Shown piece after piece: positions 27,096-35,691 of a stretch of 45,460 nucleotides of DNA. This stretch comes from a virus (taxonomy: Duplodnaviria > Caudoviricetes). How positions within the stretch are numbered: position 1 is the stretch's first letter; each line of letters opens with the position of its first letter. A program made the position numbers and the translations under genes. The DNA is taken from IMG/VR virus record IMGVR_UViG_3300017766_003504, positions 1 to 45,460 of that record; one strand, 5' to 3'. The notes under the pieces were generated by a model. That model worked only from the letters and a program-made list of their open reading frames with translations. It ran no database searches and was not told where the DNA came from.

Positions 27096-28901
27096 TCAAT
27101 CTTTCTTGTAAAAAGGCACTTCCCCGCCTTCCGCTTCAATTGGCAACCCATCCGCCCAAGCGGGCATATCGGTCAAGCACTCCACAAACCTTTCCGCTCG
27201 TTGGCCGGGGGTTTTGTATGCTAGTGCTTGGTCATGGATTAATGCCATGATGCCAAACCCGTCTGCTTCGGCGTTGTGGGCACCCTGACACATAATGTCA
27301 GCGGCAACCGCTTGGGTGATGTTTTCCACCAATTTTCCCCCGTACGTGTCAACGTCGCCCCACTGTGTCCCAATGATGTGCCCGAAAAACTTGATTGCAA
27401 GCTTGCCTTCAAACTTCGGTGAGGGAACAAGCCGGGGGCGTGGGTAAGCCAGTTTGCGACCAGACGGAAGTTTGCAAAACAGAAAAGGCAAACCGTTGGT
27501 GTGCTCATACAGGAAATGCACTGGCACCTTGTACGGTCCAAGCCGCTTATTCGACACCCTGACTATCTCCCCACGGTGCGCAATCGCCCGCTGTGCCGCG
27601 TTCTCCACGTCATACCAATAGCTTTCAACCCGTGCATGTTTCTCGCGGAAGGCTGTCACGGCGAGCCGGGCAAGGTCCAACTCACATTTGTAGCGTCCAA
27701 GCTTCCAGCACGTTTGCACGAACTTTTCCCCACCTTTGCCCATGCCAAAGCCGCAATTGTGGACAAGCACATTTGACACTGTAAAACGGTGGCGCGGTCC
27801 CGCATTCAAAATGTCGTAAGTTGCAACAATCTTTTTTGAATGGTTCTCCAACCCTTGCGTTTCTCTGTTACTGATTGCCTCGCTTTCGCTAGTATTTGCT
27901 CCCTGTCCATCCCAAGAGTTAGGTATTTCCTCACCGTGAACTCGCAATAGGGCCATTCCGGGGCTAGGTAAAGCAGATTTATTTTTGGAACTGACTGGTT
28001 TAGGATTTGTGTTCTCCGCGTGACATATCTTAGGTTTCCGGGGGCGTAGTGTCCTTCGTTGTCCTTCCTGTCTAGCTCTAGGTGTCTCTTCAAGCCTAAG
28101 TTGTCCATCACCCAATGGGCTGCTTGTATAGCGGAAGGGAATAGAAATTGGATTCCACGCCCCCCGTACCAGTGGAACGCTTGGTTGTCTGGATTGGTGC
28201 AACGGTCCTTCGCTGCTTGCATCCGCGACACCAACCACTTGGGGGCACGTCTGATTTGTCTTTCCTTGTGCGCGCATGGGTCGCACCCCAAGCTTGCGCC
28301 GCGCGCTAAGGTTCTGTGGTCTATAAATGTCACTGTTCCACACACGCATTGCACCTTGGCAACCCTGTATTGTTTCCGAAGGTAAACTTGTTTGCTTATC
28401 AGCTTCCACCGTCCGAATCGGTGCCCCTCCTTTTCCAGAAACAAGCAACCTTTGCTTCTGTTCCCTCGCACTCCGTAAATTGGTTGTTCGTTCAAGTCCC
28501 ATGCTATCACGGATAAAGACTTGGTGGCATGGGGTTGCGGTAAGCCCTTGGTGTGTGATAACTTCCTTGTGTCCTTGGTAGATAACTCCATCATGGTTTA
28601 CCCACTCTACCCCATCCCAAACGCGGTGCCAACAACAAACTTTCTCAATTGGAACAAGCCCAAAATCAGTTAGCACAAGCTCCCCCTCTGCGATGCAACC
28701 CAAGATGGTTTGTTTCCCAATGAACCGTTGCGGGTGCTTGTTTACTTCCTCATAGGGCACCCTGAAGATAAATGACGCCATCGTTTTATATCGGTCCAAG
28801 CCTTGCCGGTATTCGTCCAATGCATCTTCCTGTCCCGCGAGCCAACATACAATGCGGGCTTCAATGGCAGCGTAGTCAGCGTCAAAAAGGGGACGGGTCA
28901 T
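27096..28901 (-). CDS. DNA polymerase family A, C-terminal part, intein-containing
   Basis: Motif A 'DADYAAIEAR', motif B 'RFIGKQTILG/CGFGMG' split by the intein, 'ENITQAVAAD', motif C 'IHDQ'. Confidence 0.9.
   Translation of the reverse strand: MTRPLFDADYAAIEARIVCWLAGQEDALDEYRQGLDRYKTMASFIFRVPYEEVNKHPQRFIGKQTILGCIAEGELVLTDFGLVPIEKVCCWHRVWDGVEWVNHDGVIYQGHKEVITHQGLTATPCHQVFIRDSMGLERTTNLRSAREQKQRLLVSGKGGAPIRTVEADKQTSLPSETIQGCQGAMRVWNSDIYRPQNLSARRKLGVRPMRAQGKTNQTCPQVVGVADASSEGPLHQSRQPSVPLVRGAWNPISIPFRYTSSPLGDGQLRLEETPRARQEGQRRTLRPRKPKICHAENTNPKPVSSKNKSALPSPGMALLRVHGEEIPNSWDGQGANTSESEAISNRETQGLENHSKKIVATYDILNAGPRHRFTVSNVLVHNCGFGMGKGGEKFVQTCWKLGRYKCELDLARLAVTAFREKHARVESYWYDVENAAQRAIAHRGEIVRVSNKRLGPYKVPVHFLYEHTNGLPFLFCKLPSGRKLAYPRPRLVPSPKFEGKLAIKFFGHIIGTQWGDVDTYGGKLVENITQAVAADIMCQGAHNAEADGFGIMALIHDQALAYKTPGQRAERFVECLTDMPAWADGLPIEAEGGEVPFYKKD
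27756..28697 (-). mobile_element. Intein (314 aa) in polymerase motif B
   Basis: Starts CIAEGELVLT (block A), has 'ATPCHQVF' (block B TxxH), 'TYDI' (block F), ends VLVHN followed by Cys+1. Confidence 0.9.
27806..28594 (-). CDS. HNH-family homing endonuclease in an alternative (+1) frame inside the intein
   Basis: 'RFGRW', 'CVCG', 'GCDPC', 'RCTNP...WYGGRGI', 'LDRKDNEGHYAPGNLRYVTRRTQILN'. Start codon uncertain. Confidence 0.82.
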   Translation of the reverse strand: MMELSTKDTRKLSHTKGLPQPHATKSLSVIAWDLNEQPIYGVRGNRSKGCLFLEKEGHRFGRWKLISKQVYLRKQYRVAKVQCVCGTVTFIDHRTLARGASLGCDPCAHKERQIRRAPKWLVSRMQAAKDRCTNPDNQAFHWYGGRGIQFLFPSAIQAAHWVMDNLGLKRHLELDRKDNEGHYAPGNLRYVTRRTQILNQSVPKINLLYLAPEWPYCEFTVRKYLTLGMDREQILAKARQSVTEKRKGWRTIQKRLLQLTTF

Positions 28902-29128
28902 TTTCTGGAAACATAGGTAATTTCCAAACGAGGAAAGTCCAGATAGCTAAATGAGCATATACCTTCGTAACTTGTGACGCATACAAGCCCGCCCATGTGT
29001 GTATGCAAAGAATGACACTCTGTGGCATCACCGGGAGGGAGATAGTAGATATATCCTACCTTTTCCCCTTCGCAGCGAAGCAAATACGGGATTGGGGTGT
29101 CTGACTTATTAGTTAGTACTATTTTCAT
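28898..29128 (-). CDS. 76-aa hypothetical ORF inserted between the two polymerase halves
   Basis: MKIVLTNK...YVSRK; ATGA overlaps at both ends. Confidence 0.6.
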   Translation of the reverse strand: MKIVLTNKSDTPIPYLLRCEGEKVGYIYYLPPGDATECHSLHTHMGGLVCVTSYEGICSFSYLDFPRLEITYVSRK

Positions 29129-30314
29129 ACGTCTTGAACAAAGTGCCTTATACACGAACTAATGACTTCCAACACCGGACCATAACAGATTTCCAGCATC
29201 TCCCGTGAGCACCCTTCGCAAATCATTTTATAGGCTCCCTCGCTGTCCTTAATCGTGGGGCGTTTCATGTTCTGAAACTGGACTAGGCTGTTGGTGCTTC
29301 GCCCCGTGGTAGCCCCGTGGTGATTCAGCATCCCCCGGATTCGGTTGTCGCCCGGTCCAGCGCAATCCAGCATCGTTTGGACCTTCTTAATAGACACGTA
29401 AGCAACGGATTGCTTCATGCGGAGCGCAGCAAGCCAGTCACACGCAAGGTCATCCCTTACGTCTTCGTATTTCTCTAGCAGAGTGTCAATCGTCTCCGCT
29501 TGGAGGTTATCTAGGTGGCACCCTTGCGAATGTAGCCACTCAATAAAGACCTTGTTTTGGGTGTATTCAAATCCGGTGAGTTGTCGAAAACGCGCTCCAA
29601 CAATTTCGGTTTCTTGGTCAATAAGGGTTTGGGCGTGTCGTAGCGCATCCAAATTGACAGCAACCCCGCGAGCGTTAATGGTTTCATGTAACGTGTAATT
29701 GGCGTTGTTGATTGGTTCGTCAAAGTAACTTAGCAACTTGGTTGCCCCACGCTCAACAAGTACGTCCGTTTTGCAGTATTCCAGCAACTCCGCGAACGCT
29801 TCCGGTTCATCCTGTGGGTAGATTCGGCGCACCGGCAACGCTGGTTTTTTCAATGTGGCTTCCTTCGCTTTTTGCATCTGGCAAAATTTGCGAATCAACA
29901 CCTTACCCTTTTTGTCTTTTTGCGTGGTTAGCTCCAACACTTCCCCCAACTTTTCCAGACTCCCCGGTAAAGCAGCGCGGCGGGCCAGTGACATGGCGCA
30001 ACGCCAGCGGGAGATATGCGGCGGCTCAATGCCCCACGTCTTGAGCATAAGCGCGGAAGATATGGCTATCTCGAATTGGGCGCTGAACGCATAGACCAAC
30101 GTTTCCGGGTCTTCCAAGGCGTCAAGATACTTGTCAAATTCGTTTGACTCTCCCTCTTTTATTCCTGCTTTCCAAATCCACGGTGCTTCATCCCCAATGC
30201 CATTGCAGCGCAAAGTATTTCCGTGCTTGGGTCAAAGGCATAGCGGTAAGCCCCAACGTCTTTCAAATCGACTTCGGAGAATGTTTCAAGATCTATGTGA
30301 AGACGTTGGGGCAT
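29125..30314 (-). CDS. DNA polymerase family A, N-terminal part (3'-5' exonuclease + thumb), frameshifted near 30192-30195
   Basis: ATG 30314 gives MPQRLHIDLETFSEVDL (ExoI motif DxE). The frame changes at a G4 run into ORF 29125..30213, which has 'AFSAQFE', 'YCKTDV', 'INARGV', 'HGATTGRS', 'QFQNM'. Confidence 0.82.
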
Positions 30315-30564
30315 GTTACTATATTTTTTGGTCCGGTTGTTTCGCTCCGTAGGTTATACGGGATTTTCCTTCTACTGTCACCGGCTTACGGTGCTTCGCG
30401 CCCGCTGGACAATTTGGATAGTCCGCATAATTAAGGAAAGCACACCAAAAAAGTTACTTTCGTCCCTTGAACTTGACGCCAAGCTTGCGCGCTAGTCTTA
30501 GGAGCAATGGGAGTTTGCGGTTGTTGGTCTTTCCTGTGCCTTTGCTGATTGTCTTTGGCACAAC

Positions 30565-31185
30565 TTAGTAATCGTCCAAGTTGGTAGGTGGCTTGCTGCC
30601 GCCACCGGACCGGCTACGTCCCGAAGAAGCCGGGGGTGCCATTGTGCCGCCGCCGTCTTCTGTGTCGATTGCCTCAAACTCCTTGGTGGCGTCCACCGGA
30701 CCCGCGCCAAAGCTTTCCCCATCCTTCACAAACTGGACAGCGCGGAGTTGAGCGTTGACCCGCTTCCCCCATTGGTTGTTTTGGACCCACAGGCGGATTG
30801 TCGCGTTGACGTAGCACCCCGCGTAAATGATGCCGTCTGATTCCACAATTGGATTAAGGCGACGGTCAACAACACCCGGACGGGCTTTGTTGCTGGCGGT
30901 GAGGAAGCTTTTGCCGTCCCCATAGCCTTCCAGTTCGGATTTTTCGTTTCCGTCGCGGAGGCACCGCTTGAAATTGATTTTCTTCTTAAACTCGTCCAGC
31001 GCAAGCCGGTCAATCTGTGCGTCAATCTTGTCAAGAAGTGCAGCGTGTTCGTTGTTGTCGAAAAGGAAGGTAGCGGAGAACTTTTGTTCCTGTCCCTCTT
31101 CCATAGCGTGTGGGGTGAACAGGTGCGGGAAGGACAGGCGCACGTTCGGGAGTGTGATAATTCCGGGGTCTTTTTCGTTTGACAT
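30565..31185 (-). CDS. ssDNA-binding protein (DUF2815 / T7 gp2.5-like)
   Basis: 'NVRLSFPHLF', 'LRDGN', 'IYAGCYVNA', 'VQFVKDGESFG'; flexible tail ending NLDDY. Confidence 0.88.
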   Translation of the reverse strand: MSNEKDPGIITLPNVRLSFPHLFTPHAMEEGQEQKFSATFLFDNNEHAALLDKIDAQIDRLALDEFKKKINFKRCLRDGNEKSELEGYGDGKSFLTASNKARPGVVDRRLNPIVESDGIIYAGCYVNATIRLWVQNNQWGKRVNAQLRAVQFVKDGESFGAGPVDATKEFEAIDTEDGGGTMAPPASSGRSRSGGGSKPPTNLDDY

Positions 31186-31206
31186 GGTATGTGTTTGGTT
31201 TGGTTG

Positions 31207-31422
31207 TTAGTTACTAAGCTGAATCAGTTTTGTGTTATCGGTAACATCTACGATGGGTTTAATAACCTCAAAGCAGGAAAGCAACACCCTTGCCTGTTCC
31301 AAGGTAATCCGGTGTTTAACCCCCGAATCAGTTATCACAATAGCCCACTTGGGTTCCATCGTGATGGACACCACCGAATCAACGGCAATGTAGTTGGCTT
31401 CATTTACTTGAAAAAGTTTCAT
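31207..31422 (-). CDS. Hypothetical protein
   Basis: MKLFQVNEANY start at 31422 within ORF 31207..31482. Confidence 0.5.
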   Translation of the reverse strand: MKLFQVNEANYIAVDSVVSITMEPKWAIVITDSGVKHRITLEQARVLLSCFEVIKPIVDVTDNTKLIQLSN

Positions 31423-31598
31423 GGCGTTGTCGGAAATCGCTTGGCAAGTGCTTTGCGGATTTTCTTGAGCGTCTTGTTGCACGCACCGCGTTTCTCCAAG
31501 TCAGCGGCAAGTGTTTTTAGTTGCTCTTCCGTCCCAAAGCCAATTTCAACTTGCTTGGCAATGGATGGACGTTTGTAGGTGGTAAGTTTGCGAGGCAT
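31419..31598 (-). CDS. Small basic hypothetical protein (59 aa)
   Basis: Read by eye: MPRKLTTYKRPSIAK...RFPTTP; TAATG and ATGA couplings to both neighbours. Confidence 0.5.
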   Translation of the reverse strand: MPRKLTTYKRPSIAKQVEIGFGTEEQLKTLAADLEKRGACNKTLKKIRKALAKRFPTTP

Positions 31599-32833
31599 TA
31601 GAATTGGTCTAAACTGTCCAAGTTGGTAAACTCTTTCGCCCCGTCAATAAAGCACGCTTCGCGAGGGTCATCTTCGGGAGCAATAACAGGTTGACCGGGT
31701 GGCTTTGCAATCAAGTTGAACGCACGGGCGGGGATTTTCCCTTTGCCTAGTAGCTTCTCAACGGCGGCGGGTCCAACAACCTTTGGTTCGCTGAATAACT
31801 CTTCCTTCCGCAAAATTGTGTCTTCCTGCAAATACTTTGCTGCTTTCACCGGGTCACTCCAATAGCGATTTCCGCCGCGCGAAGTAACTAGTTTGAAACC
31901 CTCAATCTTCCCGCCCGCCCGCATGTGTTGGAGCGCAAAAGCCTGTGCATCGTCTATCCACTTCTTGATTTCATCCCCGTGCCTCACAATCGCGGCAAGT
32001 TGCTTTTCGGTGAGCACCCCGCCCCTGTGTAGCACTGGTGCTCTGTCAGGTGATAGAATTTCCAACTCTTCAAAGTCTTTCACAAGCTCCCGCTGCCGGG
32101 CTTCACAGAAACCCTTTGCCGGGCACCACTGGCAGGCTTTTTCAGATGGAGCAAAAACAATAGGCAAATCTTTTTTATCCTGTGGTGCTAAGATGTTGCA
32201 CGCAGTATCTTCAATCTGGTTTGCGCGGTTTCTGATTGTCCCCCAAGTAGTTTCCCAAGTGTGGAAAGGCTCACCATCTCCGCGCGTCCGGGGTTGGTAA
32301 ATCGTTACGTGAATGGGAAAACCGTCCATCGGGGGAAGAAACACGTTGCCGCTTTTGCGCGTGTTCCACACCACAGAGTAAGCGTAAATCGTGGCTTGTA
32401 AGTTCTCCACGGGGGAAACAATGATGCCTTCCCCATACTTGTAATCAACGATGTGGATGCCCTCTTGGTTGATAACTGCCGCGTCCACAATGGCGCTGCG
32501 TCCGTCCATGTAGAACAGCGGTAAACGTTGCTCAACCAATAGCTTCCCACCCGGCTTAATCAGGCTCTCCACAAATTCCATGTAGTTCCACCCGTGCCAT
32601 CTCATTTCCGGTTCAACTGGCACCGGGCATTGAGCCAAGTTCACCTTGCGGTTTTGCAGGAAAGCGGCAGCTACTTCATGGGCGGTGTTGCCGGGGTCCG
32701 CAAACGCGCGGTTTTCCTCTGGCAACCTGTCCCAATTATCCAAAATGAATTGGGGGGAAGCCGTGCAAGTTGTCCACCTGTCCGCACTGGACGGGTTAAG
32801 GTCAATCCGCTTTTGTTTTTTCCAAGTGCTCAC
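31598..32833 (-). CDS. DUF2800-type Cas4-like PD-(D/E)xK exonuclease
   Basis: 'PSSADRWTTC', 'GNTAHE', 'VDA...IVDYKYGEG', 'Q...YA', 'CQWCPAKGFC'; upstream of the DUF2815-type SSB and polymerase. Confidence 0.85.
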   Translation of the reverse strand: MSTWKKQKRIDLNPSSADRWTTCTASPQFILDNWDRLPEENRAFADPGNTAHEVAAAFLQNRKVNLAQCPVPVEPEMRWHGWNYMEFVESLIKPGGKLLVEQRLPLFYMDGRSAIVDAAVINQEGIHIVDYKYGEGIIVSPVENLQATIYAYSVVWNTRKSGNVFLPPMDGFPIHVTIYQPRTRGDGEPFHTWETTWGTIRNRANQIEDTACNILAPQDKKDLPIVFAPSEKACQWCPAKGFCEARQRELVKDFEELEILSPDRAPVLHRGGVLTEKQLAAIVRHGDEIKKWIDDAQAFALQHMRAGGKIEGFKLVTSRGGNRYWSDPVKAAKYLQEDTILRKEELFSEPKVVGPAAVEKLLGKGKIPARAFNLIAKPPGQPVIAPEDDPREACFIDGAKEFTNLDSLDQF

Positions 32834-33159
32834 GCCGCGCCCTCCGCTCCGCCTTGTTGCTCAAGCTCGCCGTTAGATGCGCCTCGCCGCCACGCACCTT
32901 CGACTGCCGCCAGCACAGCGTCTTGAAACGCCAATCTCTGTGCCGTGTCCCGCGCTGGCCATTTCGCGTAATATTCGCGGGCCGCTTCTTCGACTAACGG
33001 GTGAAGCGCATCATGCGATGGGGCTTTGTCTTTCTTGTCCGCTGGCTTCTTGAAATGAAATCCGGCGTCATCTTCCTCACCTTTAGTTGCGGATGTAATG
33101 GCATTGAAAACACAAAACCCCGCACCCAAAAAGCATAAGACAGCAAGAAATAAAAACAT
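32830..33159 (-). CDS. Hypothetical protein with N-terminal membrane anchor
   Basis: Hydrophobic first ~20 aa. Confidence 0.5.
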   Translation of the reverse strand: MFLFLAVLCFLGAGFCVFNAITSATKGEEDDAGFHFKKPADKKDKAPSHDALHPLVEEAAREYYAKWPARDTAQRLAFQDAVLAAVEGAWRRGASNGELEQQGGAEGAA

Positions 33160-33167
33160 TGTAGGGG

Positions 33168-33205
33168 AAGAAAAGCCGGGGGCTTAGTAACCCCACCCCC
33201 GGCTT
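33168..33205 (-). terminator. Rho-independent terminator
   Basis: AAGCCGGGGG (33173-33182) / CCCCCGGCTT (33196-33205) inverted repeat with a T-rich tail on the minus strand. Confidence 0.65.
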
Positions 33206-33226
33206 GGTTGTGTCCGTGTCGCGGTG

Positions 33227-33616
33227 TTAGTAGGACAACGCGGCAATGTCCTTCTCAAAATCCGCCTGACTCGCGGCGGGAAGGGCTTTCAAGCCGTCCT
33301 TGCTGTACTTGGCGATGACCTTCTTTACGTCTTCGCCTTGCGCTGCGTCAACGAGTGGCTTAATGAGCGCGCGGTTGCGCTCAAACCGCGTTGCGTCATC
33401 TTCAGCGGCGGCTTCTGCCGCAGCGCCGGGCACGGGTTCTGCGGCTTTCGCAATGGCGGCAGCACCGGGCGGGCGACCCCGGCGCTTTGGTGCCTCACCA
33501 TCACCCGTGGGAGTGGCAGGTGCGGCATTGGGGTTCTCCGCGTCATTGGCGAAGTCTTGAAGACCATTACCGGCACCAATAAGGGCGGCGGCAATGGCGA
33601 GTAGTGCGGTTCTCAT
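33227..33616 (-). CDS. Ala-rich hypothetical protein with AT-hook-like KRRGRPP
   Basis: 129 aa; low-complexity linker and helical C-terminal domain. Confidence 0.65.
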   Translation of the reverse strand: MRTALLAIAAALIGAGNGLQDFANDAENPNAAPATPTGDGEAPKRRGRPPGAAAIAKAAEPVPGAAAEAAAEDDATRFERNRALIKPLVDAAQGEDVKKVIAKYSKDGLKALPAASQADFEKDIAALSY

Positions 33617-33679
33617 ATCGTTGGTTTTTGTTTTTTGGTTGTGGGGGTCCGGTCCCCCGATTTGATTTGATTTGCCGGA

Positions 33680-34615
33680 TTACAGCAACGCCATTTCGAG
33701 CGTTGCAATAAATTCGTTAAGCACCGGGTCATTGTCCGGGGCGTTCGCCTTGAGGAAGTCAACAGCGCTTTGCGCACCTTCCTTTTTCAGCTTCACCAAG
33801 ATTTCTCCAGTATCTGCAAAAAGGTGTGTAGCTGGACCGGGGGCGGGCACTTCGGCAGCGGCTTCTTTCTTCGCTGGCTTCTTGCCTTTCTTCTTAGTCG
33901 TCTTGTCGGCAGCGGTGCCCCGAAGCTTCTTGGCAGTGACCTTTTTCTTGGTGGATTTCTTGCCCGCCTTTGTTGGGGTGGGGTTCGCCCGCTCTTCGCT
34001 TGCTGCCTTCTTAAGCGCTTCAACCGCTTCCGGTCCCTGTTTGAGCGCTTCGCGGGCGGTAGTGCTGGACACTTCGCCGTTGGAAATCATCTGTTGCACC
34101 TCAACCGGGGCTTCCGCAAGAGTCAAACCGTTATCCACCGTGACGCGGGACACGCCGAGTTTGTCGGCAATGTCTTGGGACTTCAACCCCATCTTGACCA
34201 AGCGGAGGTAGCCGCGACCCTGTTCCAACGGTGTAAGCGGCTTTTGCCCGCTGCCGGTACCAAGCATGTGCAACACGGCGTCAACTTCATTGCCGCGAAG
34301 CTGCCTGCACTCAAGGGTGTATTCTGGCATTTTCTTTTTGACAATCTTTGCCGCCTTGGTGCGGCAGTGACCATCACGGGCGATGATTTCGCCTTTGTCG
34401 TTGATTTGAACGTCAACCGGGGGAATGAACGCGCCCGCCAGCATCGCAGCGGCAAGCCGGTCAATGTGGAGGCTCAACTCGTCGTTGTCTTCGCGGAGGT
34501 TGAAGCCTTTTTCAAACTTAATCAAATTAGGGTCAACGCGGAATGTCGTTGACTTGGTGATGCCATCCGCTTTGTGCTCTGCCATTGCGCGGAGTGAGGT
34601 TTCTTTGGTGCTCAT
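33680..34615 (-). CDS. ParB/Srx-like protein with HTH and Lys-rich region
   Basis: 'GFNLR', 'RDGHCRTKA', 'LTPLEQG', HTH 'SQDIADKLGVSRVTV'. Confidence 0.8.
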   Translation of the reverse strand: MSTKETSLRAMAEHKADGITKSTTFRVDPNLIKFEKGFNLREDNDELSLHIDRLAAAMLAGAFIPPVDVQINDKGEIIARDGHCRTKAAKIVKKKMPEYTLECRQLRGNEVDAVLHMLGTGSGQKPLTPLEQGRGYLRLVKMGLKSQDIADKLGVSRVTVDNGLTLAEAPVEVQQMISNGEVSSTTAREALKQGPEAVEALKKAASEERANPTPTKAGKKSTKKKVTAKKLRGTAADKTTKKKGKKPAKKEAAAEVPAPGPATHLFADTGEILVKLKKEGAQSAVDFLKANAPDNDPVLNEFIATLEMALL

Positions 34616-34688
34616 GTTTCTTGGTAGGTTATCAGTTTTGGTTACTGGTTTGCGTGGGTTTTTGTTTTGGTGCGGGTTGTCTTATTGG

Positions 34689-34844
34689 TCAAGAGAAAAA
34701 GGTAATCCACGCAAAATAAAGCGCTGCGATGGACAGGGGGAGCGTGATGAAAAAGAAAATGTTGCGTTGGCGGCGGTTGTGTTTGCGGGTTGCTTCGCAG
34801 TTGTCACAACCGCAATGCTGTAAAAAAAGACGGGAGCGCAGCAT
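34689..34844 (-). CDS. Small membrane protein with CxCxxC motif
   Basis: MLRSRLFLQHCGCDNC...; C-terminal hydrophobic segment. Confidence 0.45.
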   Translation of the reverse strand: MLRSRLFLQHCGCDNCEATRKHNRRQRNIFFFITLPLSIAALYFAWITFFS

Positions 34845-34848
34845 AAAT

Positions 34849-35217
34849 TTAAGAGCGATGTGCGCGGCGGCTGTCTCCCCGTGCTTCCTGTGCCATGTCG
34901 TAAGCGAGTGCCAGTAAATCCAATTCCGCATACTGCAATTCACGGGTGATTGTTCTCCCACAGGCGAAAAAGACCAATTCATTTTTGTCATATTCGCCTT
35001 CCGGGGCTTTATGGAGGCTTGGAAAATAATCCCCCTCCGCGTGGACCAATTGGGAAAAGCTTTGAAATGCGGTGTGCTCGCGGGTGAGGTTATCAAAAGT
35101 GGCAACCAGTGATTCCGTTGCGTTGAGTGCGTGTTGGGTGGCGAGTGCTACTTTGAGGAAACCGGACTCAAGCTTGGCTAGATTCCCAAATGCGTTTTTA
35201 ACCATGTCTGTTTTCAT
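34849..35217 (-). CDS. Hypothetical protein
   Basis: Start MKTDMVK at 35217, downstream of an operator-like motif. Confidence 0.55.
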   Translation of the reverse strand: MKTDMVKNAFGNLAKLESGFLKVALATQHALNATESLVATFDNLTREHTAFQSFSQLVHAEGDYFPSLHKAPEGEYDKNELVFFACGRTITRELQYAELDLLALAYDMAQEARGDSRRAHRS

Positions 35218-35308
35218 GTTGCTTGGATGTTGGTGCAAGTTGCGTGTTTGTGCAAGAGTTATTTTCAAGTCTCTGGAAAATTCGTTTGGAGAAACTTGAT
35301 AAGTGAGG

Positions 35309-35620
35309 CTAAGCGGCCACCAGAAGTTGCTCTGGAACACTCACCCAACGCGATCCTGTCTCAAAAGACTCCGATGGAAGCAAGACCGTTTTGTTTTGGG
35401 GTTTTCCACTCTCGCCAGCGAACGTGACCTTGAGATGTGGCTTACCGCCAATGTCGATGATTAGTGATTGGTCAGCAAAGAGCGAAATGGAAACGCCCTC
35501 AATGAGTAGTTCGGCAGCAACCTCGCTGCTGAACATGCCCTTCGAGATACTGCATGGAATTAAGACGCTTTGGGTCGGCATAAATTCATCTCGCAGAATT
35601 TGGGAATGTGTCTTGTTCAT
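35309..35620 (-). CDS. Hypothetical protein
   Basis: Start MNKTHSQ at 35620, downstream of the operator at 35639. Confidence 0.5.
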   Translation of the reverse strand: MNKTHSQILRDEFMPTQSVLIPCSISKGMFSSEVAAELLIEGVSISLFADQSLIIDIGGKPHLKVTFAGESGKPQNKTVLLPSESFETGSRWVSVPEQLLVAA

Positions 35621-35691
35621 GGGAGAAGATTTACGCCGTCTTGTGCATTCGTGCAAGAACTATTTTCACTCCGCGTGCATTTTTTGCACGC

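Noticed and set aside
28898-29128. Group I intron or T4 gene 60-type bypass in the polymerase
   Set aside because: The segment is fully occupied by a coupled ORF, no intron core was recognised, and no matching GTA landing codon lies in the open part of the downstream frame. Not excluded without RNA data.
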